Below, in pieces: positions 11,374 through 22,149 of a stretch of 64,000 bases of DNA. Origin of the DNA: an uncultured Methanoregulaceae archaeon (GTDB taxonomy: Archaea > Halobacteriota > Methanomicrobia > Methanomicrobiales > Methanospirillaceae); the NCBI GenBank assembly GCA_963701095.1, contig OY969564.1, forward strand, positions 2,464,001-2,528,000, given 5' to 3'. A program made the translations under genes and the position numbers. Positions within the stretch are counted from its first letter, which is position 1; the number at the start of each line of letters is the position of its first letter. The notes beneath the pieces were generated by a model. That model was not told the DNA's origin. It saw nothing but the letters and a program-made list of their open reading frames with translations, and did no database searches.

Positions 11374-12060
11374 ATGCAATTGTTGGTCAGCCCCAGCTCT
11401 ATATCCGAGGCTCACTGTTCTGTCGCTGCCGATATCATTGATGTCAAAAAACCGTCCGAAGGTTCACTGGGTGCCAACTTTCCTTGGGTGATCCGGGAGA
11501 TCAAGGCATTTGCCAAAAAACCGGTGAGTGCGGCGATCGGGGATTTCCCTTACAAGCCGGGCTGCTCTGCCCTTGCCGCCTATGGTGCTGCATGCGCCGG
11601 GGCTGATTATGTAAAAATCGGCCTTGCTTTTGCCGGTAAAGACCCGGCTCGTGAAGTGATCGCTGCAGTTACAAAGGCGGTTAAAGATGAGTTCCCTGAG
11701 AAATTCGTCGTTATTGCAGGATATTCTGATTTCGAACGTATGGGAACAATCTCCCCCTTCGACATCTCACCACTTGCAGCAGCATGTGGTGCTGACTATG
11801 CGATGGTAGACACTGGTATCAAAGACGGAAGAAGTACCTTCTCTTTCATGGATGAGGGAACGCTCACACGGTTCACCGAAAACAACAGAACTCTTGGCCT
11901 TGGAACAGCTCTTGCCGGATCACTTACGTTCGCTGATATAGACGCATTAAAACGCATTAACCCGGAAATCATTGGCGTCCGGGGGATGGTCTGTGGTGGA
12001 GACCGGAATGCGACGATTCAAGAAGATCTTGTGAAAACTGCTCTTGCAAGAATACGGTAA
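11374..12060 (+). CDS. mfnB: (5-formylfuran-3-yl)methyl phosphate synthase (methanofuran biosynthesis)
   Basis: LLVSP, DIIDVKKPSEGSLGA, DYVKIG, MVDTGIKDG, LAGSL, IIGVRG..CGGDR. Confidence 0.92.
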   Translation: MQLLVSPSSISEAHCSVAADIIDVKKPSEGSLGANFPWVIREIKAFAKKPVSAAIGDFPYKPGCSALAAYGAACAGADYVKIGLAFAGKDPAREVIAAVTKAVKDEFPEKFVVIAGYSDFERMGTISPFDISPLAAACGADYAMVDTGIKDGRSTFSFMDEGTLTRFTENNRTLGLGTALAGSLTFADIDALKRINPEIIGVRGMVCGGDRNATIQEDLVKTALARIR

Positions 12061-12083
12061 TAAATAAAAAAAACTGGTGTTCT

Positions 12084-13553
12084 ATGTATCTTGACAAACT
12101 GGATGTCCCACTATCCCTCACTTTCGACGATGTTTTACTGGAACCGCTGGAATCATGGATTGAACCAGCTGAGACTGATACCCGCACGGTTTTCTCAAAA
12201 AACATCGGACTGAATATCCCCCTTGTATCTTCTGCGATGGATACGGTAACCGAATCGATAATGGCAATAGCCCTTGCCCGTGAAGGTGGTATTGGGGTAA
12301 TCCACCGGAATATGACTGCCGAGCACGAGCTTCAGGAAGTTAATATCGTCAAACAGGCCGAGGAGCTCATTGAACGTGACGTCTTGTATGTAGAAGATAC
12401 AGCGACCGTTTCTGATGCCGAGAAACTGATGAACCAGTACAGTATTGGCGGCGTGCCCGTTGTCGGGAAAGGGAGAATCATCGGTATTGTCTCCCGCCGG
12501 GACGTGCGGGCAATTGTCTCCCGGTGCGGAGAAGAGAGCATCAGGACAATTATGACAAAAAAACCGATTACCGCCGGTGCGGATATAACGCCCGAAAAAG
12601 CGCTTGAGGTCATGTATACCAACAAGATCGAGCGTCTTCCGGTTGCTGACGAAAAAGGCAGGTTGATCGGTATCATCACGATGCAGGATATTCTGGAAAA
12701 ACGCCAGTACCCAAAGGCAACCCGGGACAAAAAAGGAAACCTTCAGGTTGCGGCAGCGGTAGGCCCGTTTGACTTTACCCGTGCGACTCTTTTGGATGCA
12801 CATGACGTGGATGCGCTTGTGGTCGATTGCGCCCATGGACATAATATGAAAGTTGTTGAAGCGGTCAAAAACATCAAGGGAAGTGTCAATGCTGATGTAA
12901 TCGCAGGAAACATTGCTACTGTTGCCGCAGCTGAAGCGCTCTTAAGTGCAGGGGTAGATGGCGTCAAGGTGGGCATAGGTCCGGGTTCCATCTGCACAAC
13001 CCGGATCGTCGCAGGAACCGGAGTTCCCCAGATCACAGCTATAGCACAGGTCGCAGAGATTGCATCCCCAGCTGATGTTCCTGTTATCGCTGACGGAGGA
13101 GTGCGGTATTCAGGTGATATAGCAAAAGCAATAGCTGCCGGGGCAGACACGGTAATGATGGGGAGTATGTTTGCCGGCACCGACGAAGCACCAGGAAAAG
13201 TTATTACTATCAAAGGAAGGCGCTACAAGCAATACCGGGGTATGGGGTCACTTGGCGTAATGAGCTCAGGACAATCGAGCGACCGGTACTTCCAGAAAAA
13301 AGAGATCGGAAGAACGAAATTTGTTCCGGAAGGTGTCGAAGGCGTAACTCCCTATGTCGGGCGTGTCGGTGAAGTTATTTACCAGCTTGTGGGCGGCCTG
13401 AAGGCCGCCATGGGCTATTCAGGTGCCCCCACTATCGCAGATATGCATAAAAAAGCACGTTTTATCCGTATAACAAATGCCGGAATGACCGAAAGTCATC
13501 CGCACAATATCCTGATTACTGATGAAGCTCCAAACTACCGGCTTTTTGAATAA
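12084..13553 (+). CDS. guaB: IMP dehydrogenase with CBS pair
   Basis: [45 protein letters not shown]. Confidence 0.97.
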   Translation: MYLDKLDVPLSLTFDDVLLEPLESWIEPAETDTRTVFSKNIGLNIPLVSSAMDTVTESIMAIALAREGGIGVIHRNMTAEHELQEVNIVKQAEELIERDVLYVEDTATVSDAEKLMNQYSIGGVPVVGKGRIIGIVSRRDVRAIVSRCGEESIRTIMTKKPITAGADITPEKALEVMYTNKIERLPVADEKGRLIGIITMQDILEKRQYPKATRDKKGNLQVAAAVGPFDFTRATLLDAHDVDALVVDCAHGHNMKVVEAVKNIKGSVNADVIAGNIATVAAAEALLSAGVDGVKVGIGPGSICTTRIVAGTGVPQITAIAQVAEIASPADVPVIADGGVRYSGDIAKAIAAGADTVMMGSMFAGTDEAPGKVITIKGRRYKQYRGMGSLGVMSSGQSSDRYFQKKEIGRTKFVPEGVEGVTPYVGRVGEVIYQLVGGLKAAMGYSGAPTIADMHKKARFIRITNAGMTESHPHNILITDEAPNYRLFE

Positions 13554-13554
13554 C

Positions 13555-13563
13555 TTTTTTTTT
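13555..13563 (+). terminator. Archaeal T-tract terminator candidate after guaB
   Basis: T run beginning 2 bases after the guaB stop. Confidence 0.5.
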
Positions 13564-13634
13564 ATTCCGGAACAATACTCTGTGGTCAAAAAGATGCCAA
13601 AAAACAGGTCGTTTTTGAATAATTGTAATGCTCT

Positions 13635-13862
13635 TTAAACCGCGATTTGTTTTGCGCGGAACCGGTTACGTACCTTTTCGGAAAAGTATTTTCCGACGGC
13701 ACTTGAATTTATGAGATCTGAGTAGACTTTTGAAGGGACGCCAGAATACTGGAAAATGAGTCCTGAATGAAATTCAATCTCCATGTTTTTCATCGCGTCA
13801 TCATACCCCACGGAGCGAAGGATGCAGGATTTTACAGGAAGTCTTTCCAAAAGGGTCACCAA
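13635..13862 (-). CDS. KTSC domain protein
   Basis: VKS..LRSVGYD...EIEF.SG..FQY.GVP..VY..L..S..VGKYF...VR. Confidence 0.85.
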   Translation of the reverse strand: MVTLLERLPVKSCILRSVGYDDAMKNMEIEFHSGLIFQYSGVPSKVYSDLINSSAVGKYFSEKVRNRFRAKQIAV

Positions 13863-13979
13863 TGTACTATGTGCTCTCCGGACAGTTAACGGTTTTTATA
13901 ATACAAAAAAAATGAAGCCGGATCTGAGAAAGTTAATTCAACCTTCGGAGCTCTTAATATTTTTTATATTCTTCAAGCA

Positions 13980-13994
13980 CTAACATTAAGTAAA
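13980..13994 (+). promoter_or_regulatory. Possible heat-shock repressor operator
   Basis: CTAAC-ATTAA-GTAAA just before the ATG; partial match to the CTAAC-N5-GTTAG site of the archaeal HSR1-type regulator. Confidence 0.35.
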
Positions 13995-13995
13995 C

Positions 13996-14637
13996 ATGGA
14001 TGATCTCGCAGAATTCGCACGGTTACTTGATATCCTCGGTAACCGGAATCGACGGCGAATAATCGGGTTGCTGCGGCAGAAACCATGCTTTGTCACCGAG
14101 ATATCGGAAACACTGATGATCTCGCCCAAAGCGGTTATCGAACATCTCCAATTGATGGAACGGGAAGATATTCTATCCTGCCAGATGGACGACCGCCGGC
14201 GCAAGTACTATTATCTCGCAAATGATATCCTCGTAGATGTCACGCTGCGAAGCCTGCAAAGTAGTATAGGAAAACCAGATGATTCAGAGAGGAATGAAGA
14301 GAATGAACGAACCCAACAAGCAGTCGTCATGCTCGCAAAGATGATCCAGGCTCATGACCAGCTCGTTGACCATCTGGAACAACTCAACCATGATGTTGAT
14401 ACTAAACTTGCCGATCTTGCCCGAAACCATAATGATTTATTCAGGAGCGAGCGAGAACTATCTGTAGCAGTTGCCCTATCCCATGAACCACTGACCCGGG
14501 ACGAACTTATGGAAGCTACCGGGTGTTCACCGGACGAACTCGAGCCAATCTTGGCTGAATTCGTAAGAAGAGGCATTGCGTCAAGAACAAAGAACCGGAT
14601 TACACTCAGAGGAGCTCATGCAGACGAATCCCAATAA
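13996..14637 (+). CDS. ArsR-family HTH regulator (HSR1/Phr-like)
   Basis: LLDILGNRNRRRII.LL..KPCFVTEIS..L.ISPKAVIEHL...RRKYY; coiled coil; overlaps an hsp20-like gene. Confidence 0.85.
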   Translation: MDDLAEFARLLDILGNRNRRRIIGLLRQKPCFVTEISETLMISPKAVIEHLQLMEREDILSCQMDDRRRKYYYLANDILVDVTLRSLQSSIGKPDDSERNEENERTQQAVVMLAKMIQAHDQLVDHLEQLNHDVDTKLADLARNHNDLFRSERELSVAVALSHEPLTRDELMEATGCSPDELEPILAEFVRRGIASRTKNRITLRGAHADESQ

Positions 14638-15037
14638 CCCTTACGATGAAGTATTTGGCAACCTCTCAAAAATTGTCGAAGAGATTGTTCGAAACATGCC
14701 CGAGGCAGAACATGCCCGCGTCATAGGGTATACTATTGTCACCCGGCATGTCCCCGGAGAACCCGGAATCTTCACCGGCGGGTTAAACAGCGGCGATGAC
14801 GATATTCCGTATGAAGTTCAAGAGTCCGACACCCAAATCTTCATTACTGCCGCAATTCCCCCTGATGCTGAACATGCCCCTTATGCAGATATAAAGAAAG
14901 ATACGGTACGGATCTGTGTTGATGACCATTCAACCACGATTGATCTGGAAAAGCCTATTGATATTATCCACAGTTCATACCGGGTGCATCGCGGTGTGAT
15001 GGATATAACGCTCCGGAAGATTCCGGATTACCGTTAG
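14618..15037 (+). CDS. Hsp20/alpha-crystallin-like protein
   Basis: ATG 14618 after AGGAG; YEVQESDTQIFITAAIP...IDL..PID...YRVHRGVMDITL. Confidence 0.7.
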   Translation: MQTNPNNPYDEVFGNLSKIVEEIVRNMPEAEHARVIGYTIVTRHVPGEPGIFTGGLNSGDDDIPYEVQESDTQIFITAAIPPDAEHAPYADIKKDTVRICVDDHSTTIDLEKPIDIIHSSYRVHRGVMDITLRKIPDYR

Positions 15038-15174
15038 ATCTTTTTCCCCCTCGTAATTGAGTCATTTATAACCCATATGTGACCAATAGATAATCTTCTC
15101 GCTATTTTTCAAAAGTTAAAACGATAATTCCAAATTATCGTTAGAAAAGATCCTGCATCCTAGAAATAAGAGAT

Positions 15175-17359
15175 TTATGCCTTTGCCGGAATATCTGAAG
15201 GTGTAAACGGGTTGATCCCTTTCTTCTTCTGACGGTACTCGCGGAACTGACGAAGTGATACGGTAAGATCCCGGTGAATGCGAAGTATCCTATCTGCGTG
15301 TTCCGGCAAAGGTTCATTGCCATATCCATAAGACCCCGGGGATCGGGACGGGCCTCTCCGAGCCATATATGGAATATATTTCCTCCATCCACGATCGGGA
15401 AAAAGACATTTTCGATTTCCATGCGTTTAGTAAGCGGAACATCAGCACCCGGGGCGACATGAGTGCCGTTTGTGTAGTAGATTGGCAGATCCCGGGTCTT
15501 CCCGAGGTTTTCAAGTGCGTATTCAAGATCCCCTTTAATAACCTTCGTTGCTGCATCGTGGAATCGCCGGTCAATAAGATCTGCAACGGCAAATCGTTGG
15601 CCTGTGGTTTCCGCTGGGGTCCGGGCAAGGGCAAGGGTCATGTGATTTTTTTCTGATAGTTTCCGGGCATAGATCTCCATCTCAGTCATCGCTCGCACTG
15701 CCAGTTTGAATGCAGCTTTTGATTCATGGGTCTGTTTGCCGGTGTGGTGCTGGACCATTTCATTTACGCCGACAACGCCGATAGTATATACCAGACCTTC
15801 AAGATCGACTGCAATCGCCCCACAATCACCGGAGTTGGGATCTTTGGGGCGCTGCATTGCAAAGGGCATCCGGTCATTGGCACGGATAATATCCATCCAC
15901 CGGCGCTTGATTTTGAAAAGCTCAACAGCCACGTCCATGAGAGACCTGAGTTCGGCAAAGAGACGCTCGTCGTTTCCTTCTGCTTTGTATGCAGCCCGGG
16001 GGCAGTTGACTGAGACCACCTGCCACGACCCCATCGAAAAATGGTGACCTCCTTCAAAGAAGAGTTTTTTATCAAAATCAGAATCTTTGTCAGCTACGGC
16101 CGAGAACTGGTAGGCACAGCACTGGTAGCAGGAAATTCCCTTCCCGGCTCCACGATAAGCCGGTAACTGGTTATCGTAATAAGGGGTGCCGAATTTGGAC
16201 GCAGGCTCGAAGGTCATGAGGTACAGATCCCGGTATGTCGGGAGGTCCGGGTGGGCCCGGTTAAACGATTCGCGCTCGTTCATGAAGTCGGGCTCGATAC
16301 TGATCTCGGGTTTGGGGAAGTTGAACGGTTTACCCCAATAGTCACCTTCTATCATTACCTCCATAAGCGCCTTGAAAAGCAGCCGGACCTCCCGCTCGAA
16401 TTCACCATAGGTGCGGTGCGGTGCCTGCTTACCGTCCCAGACTTTCCCTTTATAAACACAGGGCTTGTCCTGCCAGAGTGCGGGGACGCCAGGTGAAAGC
16501 TGAACCGAGGAAAAAACGAGCTGGCCTCCCCGCGCAACCATCATCTGGGTCATCTCGTAGACAAACATCTGCATGTTCTGTCGGATTTCCTCATAGTTCA
16601 TGCCTTCCATGAACGGCGCAAGGAATGTCAGGAAATTGTAATAGCCCTGTCCGCCGGCAAAATTTGTCTGGGCACTGCCGAGTGCTTTTACCGCATGGAG
16701 GATAGCAACTTCCGCTCGTTTTGCCGGACCGGCAACCGATGCTTTTGTTCCGTTGCCATCCGGCATAAGACCATAATAAAAAAAGTATCGTAGATCCCAG
16801 TCCTGGCAGAATGGGCGTGTACCGAAATATTCGAGATCGTGGATGTGCATCTCGCCGGAAAGGTGATGGTCGGCAAGTTCAGGGGGGAGCTGGAGAAGGT
16901 ACTGCTCTTTTGAAATCTTGTCGGCTTTCTTTTTATGCGATGTTTCCGCATTTTCCTGAAGGTTTGCGTTCTCATGGGACTCAAACCCCTTGCCCACATC
17001 GATCAGGTGCGCATCGTAGACCGGTGTACCAACCCGGTGCAGACGTTCCTGTACTGCATCATACCTTTCTCAAGAAGGGTGATGTTCATTATCTCCCGGA
17101 TTAGCGGACCTGAAAGAGATTTCAGGCCAAGAGAAAGAATACGCTGCTCGACAAGTCGCGCGATTTCCTGAGCAGTATCCGGGTCTGTGCCCTCGTAGCC
17201 GTAAAACACTTCGACGAGTTTAGTTTCTTTTAAAATCTGTTCAGCAATCCGGTTCCGGTCCCATTCGATAATGTGGCCATCGGTAGTCCGTACAAAAGGA
17301 AGGGCCGGGGAAAAACTGCCATCGAGAGTCTGTTGCAGGGTCTCCCGTCGTGCCATCAT
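15175..17359 (-). CDS. nrdD: Class III ribonucleotide reductase large subunit with ATP cone; two apparent single-base deletions; no C-terminal glycyl-radical domain
   Basis: ATP cone, HIHDLEY, AGGQ, FPK, YQCC, PAET, YTNG, GG.I.H. Restoring one base at ~17035 and one at ~15272 gives a single 728-aa ORF ending YFAFTRDLTVSLRQ...PAKA*. Confidence 0.9.
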
Positions 17360-17625
17360 GCACCCGACAGAATGGCACGGAGTTTCTTCTCATCCAGCGT
17401 ACCGCCTGGGAAAAGGTCATCTGTAGTGTAGAAATCGTCACCCCTCTGGAGAACAGGCGCCTCGTTGACAAAGACGCCGTTTACCCGAAGTTCAGTGAGG
17501 GCTTCTGCGGTTGACAGGTCACGCTCTGAAAATGTATGGCCACCTTTCTTTATTGAGTTCTTAAGCATCACGCAATGCGGACAGGTTTCCAGAGTATAAA
17601 CGATCAATGGCACGGTTTCCGGCAT
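17356..17625 (-). CDS. nrdH: NrdH/glutaredoxin-like redoxin
   Basis: VYTLETCPHC...EAPVL; stop overlaps the nrdD start. Confidence 0.8.
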   Translation of the reverse strand: MPETVPLIVYTLETCPHCVMLKNSIKKGGHTFSERDLSTAEALTELRVNGVFVNEAPVLQRGDDFYTTDDLFPGGTLDEKKLRAILSGA

Positions 17626-17762
17626 AAAAATACCCTCTGCTATGTATCTAGCACTACGATTTTGGAGATAAAAAAATCATGGTTTTTAACTTTTAAACAA
17701 ACTGGATCCCTGAGTTATTGAGCGATCACCATTTTGTAGGTAGATGGACAATGTGTACCCTG

Positions 17763-18302
17763 ATGGTAAGGGCGTTTGTGGCATGCGAGTTGTCACTGGA
17801 AATGAAGCAGCAGCTGGCTGCAGCGCAAATCGAGTTAAAGAAAAGCGCAGCCCGGCTTACGTTTGTTGATCCCACACTAATCCATATTACCGTGAAGTTC
17901 CTCGGTGAAGTAGACGAAAAAAAGATACCTCAGGTGATTGCTGCGCTCGAATCCATACGGGTACAACCTTTTCCTGCCAGGGGCGGCAGGATTACTGTCA
18001 ATAACCCTTCCCGCCCTCATACGGTGTGGTGTGCAATAGAGGATGCTGGAAAAGGTCAGGAGGTCTTTTCTGCAGTGGAAACCGTGCTTTCGCCGCTCGG
18101 ATTTCCCCGTGAGACACGGAGTTTTAAACCTCATGCCACGCTTGCCCGGGTTAAGGAAGCAGATTCCTCCCTTTTTAAGTACCTCGACAATCTGAAGAGT
18201 GCGACATTTGGCAGCTGCTTGATATCTGGTCTGAAACTCAAGAAAAGCACGCTTACACCCAAAGGCCCGGTTTATGAGGATCTTTGCGAGGTTTTATGGT
18301 GA
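17763..18302 (+). CDS. thpR: RNA 2',3'-cyclic phosphodiesterase (2H family)
   Basis: RAFVA, HITVKFLG, FKPHATLAR, S.LTPKGPVY. Confidence 0.92.
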   Translation: MVRAFVACELSLEMKQQLAAAQIELKKSAARLTFVDPTLIHITVKFLGEVDEKKIPQVIAALESIRVQPFPARGGRITVNNPSRPHTVWCAIEDAGKGQEVFSAVETVLSPLGFPRETRSFKPHATLARVKEADSSLFKYLDNLKSATFGSCLISGLKLKKSTLTPKGPVYEDLCEVLW

Positions 18303-18316
18303 GCGGGAAAAGCGCA

Positions 18317-19681
18317 ATGAAAGGGCGGCTGCCGCTCGAAGAAGATATTCTCACCCGGCAGCTCAGGCCGTCCAAGGAAGAACGTGAGTTTATTGCCGGT
18401 ATTGCACGCCGGCTGGTAGCCGCCATCAAAGAAAGCGGGAAAGCGGAAGGGATGGTAGTGGGTTCGATTGCCCGGAACACATGGGTCCGGGGAGACCGGG
18501 ATCTTGATGTTTTCCTACTGTTCCCCCCGGATATATCCCGCGAAGCTCTCGAATCAGAGGGGCTTGCCCTTGCCCGTACTATTGCGCGAAAATTTACGAA
18601 AACCTTTTGCGAAAAATACGCTGAACACCCGTACATTAATGCGACGATTGATTCCATCGATGTGGATCTTGTTCCTTGCTACAACGTCGAAAGTGCTGCA
18701 AGTATCCAGAGCGCCGTAGACCGGACTCCCTTCCACACCCGGTATATTACCGAAAAAATCAATGGCCTCACGGACGATGTTCTTCTCCTCAAGCAGTTTG
18801 CAAAAGCAGGCGGAATCTACGGTTCGGACCAGATGACCGAGGGGTTTTCAGGGTACCTCTGCGAGCTTCTCATTCTTTACTATGGAGGGTTTGGCCTGCT
18901 CCTTGATGCGGCAGCCGATTGGCGTCCATCTACACTTATTGATATCTCACAGCATGGCTCAAAAGAATTTTCTGAGCCCCTGATTGTGATTGACCCGGTC
19001 GATCCCCGGCGGAACGTAGCAGCTGCTGTTTCACTGGACCGTATGGCAGAGTTTGTTGAAATAGCCCGTGGCTATAGAGAAGCACCATCCGAAAAGTTCT
19101 TTATTCTCCCTAAAGAACATCCCTGCAGCCGGGATGATCTCTGTGAAATGCTTGCCATGCGTGGTACCGCACTCTATGCAGTGACCTTTACGACGCCACC
19201 GTTTATCGAAGAAATTGTCGTTCCCCAGCTCAAAAAGAGCACGCAGGCGATTTGTGAGCTGCTTTCGCGGAACGGTTTTGCAGTTCATCATGCCCACTAC
19301 CGGATGGGAAAGGAGCGGAGTCTGCTACTTTTTGAGTTACTCATTGATGAGCTCCCACCCATCAGGCGTCATGAAGGCCCACCTCTCTGGAACCGGGCAA
19401 ATGCGGATAAGTTCCGCGAGAAGTACCAGAACTTGTCCGGGCCCTTTATCGAAAACGGACGATATGTTACAGAAGTATCCCGCGAATTTATCCGGGCTGC
19501 CGATCTTCTCTCCTCACCGGCGCTTTTAGATGTGGGCATCGGTCGGCACGTACGGGCGGAACTGGGAAAAGACTGGAGCGTCCTTGAGGGAGCTGACTGC
19601 TGGCAGGAGGAATTTGCCGCTTTTATTGCCGGTTTCTTCTCCCGGTGTTCACCGCTGGTTCGGATAGGGCGGGAAGGATAA
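18317..19681 (+). CDS. cca: Archaeal class I CCA-adding enzyme
   Basis: GSIARNTW..D.DLDVF, YAEHPY, DLVPCY, SAVDRTPFH, GFSGYLCE, DPVD..RNVAAA. Confidence 0.95.
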   Translation: MKGRLPLEEDILTRQLRPSKEEREFIAGIARRLVAAIKESGKAEGMVVGSIARNTWVRGDRDLDVFLLFPPDISREALESEGLALARTIARKFTKTFCEKYAEHPYINATIDSIDVDLVPCYNVESAASIQSAVDRTPFHTRYITEKINGLTDDVLLLKQFAKAGGIYGSDQMTEGFSGYLCELLILYYGGFGLLLDAAADWRPSTLIDISQHGSKEFSEPLIVIDPVDPRRNVAAAVSLDRMAEFVEIARGYREAPSEKFFILPKEHPCSRDDLCEMLAMRGTALYAVTFTTPPFIEEIVVPQLKKSTQAICELLSRNGFAVHHAHYRMGKERSLLLFELLIDELPPIRRHEGPPLWNRANADKFREKYQNLSGPFIENGRYVTEVSREFIRAADLLSSPALLDVGIGRHVRAELGKDWSVLEGADCWQEEFAAFIAGFFSRCSPLVRIGREG

Positions 19682-19753
19682 CGATATCCTTCAGGTTTTC
19701 CTATGGGAAAAGAGGTCTACCCTATTTTGTAAAAGGGAAAAAAACGTTTATTT

Positions 19754-20092
19754 TCAGATCCCGTTGGATCCTCGTTCTCCTGTCCTGACACGAATTGAGT
19801 CTTCGACCGGAAGTATAAAGATCTGGCCGTCACCGACCTTGCCGGTACGTGCTGCGTTTACGATTATATCGATCACTTTCTCTGCAGCATCGTCCCTTAC
19901 GACAATTTCCAGCTGGCGTTTGGGGATTAAGTCGACGACATATTCGGCGCCCCGGTACTGTTGCTTGATCCCTTTCTGGACACCCCTGCCTTCAACGTCA
20001 AATATGGTCATAACTCCAAATCCCGCAGTATCCAACGCCGTTTTAACGTCCTCGAACTTCTCGGGACGTATCATTGCCTTGATCATCTTCAT
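19754..20092 (-). CDS. glnK: P-II nitrogen regulator
   Basis: MKMIKAMIRPEK, GRGVQKG, YRGAEY, RTGKVGDGQIF, IRVRTGE. Confidence 0.93.
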   Translation of the reverse strand: MKMIKAMIRPEKFEDVKTALDTAGFGVMTIFDVEGRGVQKGIKQQYRGAEYVVDLIPKRQLEIVVRDDAAEKVIDIIVNAARTGKVGDGQIFILPVEDSIRVRTGERGSNGI

Positions 20093-20322
20093 GGTGTTCA
20101 CCTGCCGCAAGACAGGACGTCTCTGGTGGGTCCCTCTGCTCACGGTATTGTATGGTAGTATAGAATGAGGAAGGCTTTCTTTAAAACAATTCGGAAATTA
20201 AGAGAGGGAATAAAATATCCGGGTGGCAGGCACGTATCTCGTTTTACTTTTGGAACCTTTTATGAAATGGACTCATAATACTGGATACAATATATCCTGA
20301 AAAGAGGAAGTGAAGGAAAAAA

Positions 20323-20931
20323 TTATGCTTTTTTCACGACATTGGGATAATACTTTGTTAGCGCCTGAAATACCTTTTCCTTGTGGACGTACGCCGGGTA
20401 CCAGATAGTAAATATAATAGCGACCACCATGAACACCCATTTCAGGTTATCCCAGAATAAAATGCTTGGGGATGGGTATGCCATCAGGAAGGCATCCACA
20501 CCAAAACCCAGCGTAAAGGCAAATGCCCACACTGCGGTTATAATATAATTCACCCTTATGAATAGTGCACTTTTGGCACGCTCAGGGTCTACCCCTTCTC
20601 TCGAATACTGGAGTGTAAAGGGGAAATGAAACAGGATAGTGGCCCAACAGACAATCGCAAGGAGGAGCATGGAGCTCGCCGCGAGGTAATTTGCGATATA
20701 ATACTGTCGCAATCCTACGATAACAATAAAGAACACAACAAAGAATGCCAGTGACACAACAGAAAGGATATAGCCTTTGATTAGTTGCCGGTAACTTGTC
20801 AAGAGAGTGAGTGCAATTGCAACTACAAACGCAAGGATCAGGCTTATCTGGGGATTTCCAAGAGGAGCTTCAGCAACAAGGGCAAAAGCGATCCAGGGCA
20901 CGAATGCCGTAAGAAGAGATAACAGATTCAT
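20323..20931 (-). CDS. Membrane protein of unknown function
   Basis: About 6 TM segments; PFTLQYSRE...F..VN..IT.VW. Confidence 0.75.
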   Translation of the reverse strand: MNLLSLLTAFVPWIAFALVAEAPLGNPQISLILAFVVAIALTLLTSYRQLIKGYILSVVSLAFFVVFFIVIVGLRQYYIANYLAASSMLLLAIVCWATILFHFPFTLQYSREGVDPERAKSALFIRVNYIITAVWAFAFTLGFGVDAFLMAYPSPSILFWDNLKWVFMVVAIIFTIWYPAYVHKEKVFQALTKYYPNVVKKA

Positions 20932-21117
20932 TATGCTTTGAAAGTTCTACTGTCCGAGTGATAACGTTTTTGAAATAAAACGTGGTCCTGATCACTATCA
21001 CAGGCATGGTGAATTTTTTGGATGACCGATAGCATTTACCGTGAGAAGAATATACCTTCCAATCGCAGTGATACCCGAAAATTACCGTTAACCACGCCTT
21101 GCTAAAAAAGGAAAAAA

Positions 21118-22149
21118 TTATTTCTTTGCATTCTTCCTGATCTTGGTTGTTGCGAGTTTCTCGATAGCTGTAATATCGACACCCTTTTCGATTATGAGTT
21201 TTTTGTTCCGGACTGCGTTATCAACAAAACCCTTTCCTGTTGGTGTACGAATGACCAGTGTTGTGTATCCGGCCGGACTCCCGACTGCCCCGGCTGAGAT
21301 GTCTGCACCAAGTGATGAAAAGTCCGTGCAGATACGGCATCCCTGACGAATTGTATCATCAAGATCAGCAAGTGGAACGGAAATGTGCGTGTTATCCTGT
21401 TTTAAAATGTCGAGTTTCCCTTTTACATCGAGTTTCTTTATATCATGCGGCGCAATTGCGTATTTCTTTTCAAGTTTTCCATGTACAAGTCCCGCATAAT
21501 CGAAAGTCTCTGTGCAGAAAAGGCCAATTACAAGACGGATGGCTTTTGCATAGGGACGCAGGAGATCGTTATCGCTTGCCCGGATGCGAGATGCTGCCTG
21601 AACAGCGCAGGGCACACCAATAACTGCAATCTTTGTGTATTTCCTGGTTATCGCGGCATCCTTAAGCGCCGCAAGGAGCGGTACCCACCAGCTGTACCTG
21701 CTGCCGGCTTCCCGGATGAGGACATCTGATTTCGTAATAACCGCTGACGAGGGCCGAAGTGTCCAGGGGTCTTCGGTTACAGTAACTACAGCATCGATAA
21801 GTCCTGAGTCGAGGGCATCTGAAAGTATTGCTGTTACCGCGCCGCCGCTATGCCGGTGCGGGATCTCAAAAGATGCTTTTGCCATAAGCATTTCGAGATA
21901 AGTACCGACTGTATCGTTTGGCTGGTCGACAGTCCGGGGGCAGACCGCATAGCATGCCCCGCAGGGAACGCCATCGGTTGCCTGTTTGCAGTACCCGTTG
22001 CTCCTTGGGCTTACGATCATCTCCCCTTCAGCAAAGGACAGGGCATCAGCCGGACAGACGGCGATGCATGCACCGCAGCCGGAACATTTTTTTGTATCCC
22101 AGACCTCACTTTTCAAATCGAGATAATTCTTTTCTGCCATCGCCATCAC
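21118..22149 (-). CDS. FrhB/FdhB-family F420-binding subunit with N-terminal ferredoxin
   Basis: CSGCGACIAVCP, SGGAVT, GVPC, IGLFC.E, C..C.DF...ADIS.G.VGS; last gene of the glt operon. Confidence 0.9.
   Translation of the reverse strand: MMAMAEKNYLDLKSEVWDTKKCSGCGACIAVCPADALSFAEGEMIVSPRSNGYCKQATDGVPCGACYAVCPRTVDQPNDTVGTYLEMLMAKASFEIPHRHSGGAVTAILSDALDSGLIDAVVTVTEDPWTLRPSSAVITKSDVLIREAGSRYSWWVPLLAALKDAAITRKYTKIAVIGVPCAVQAASRIRASDNDLLRPYAKAIRLVIGLFCTETFDYAGLVHGKLEKKYAIAPHDIKKLDVKGKLDILKQDNTHISVPLADLDDTIRQGCRICTDFSSLGADISAGAVGSPAGYTTLVIRTPTGKGFVDNAVRNKKLIIEKGVDITAIEKLATTKIRKNAKK

Noticed and set aside
20169..20182. NrpR site upstream of the lone glnK
   Set aside because: GGAA-GGCTTT-CTTT matches only one half-site
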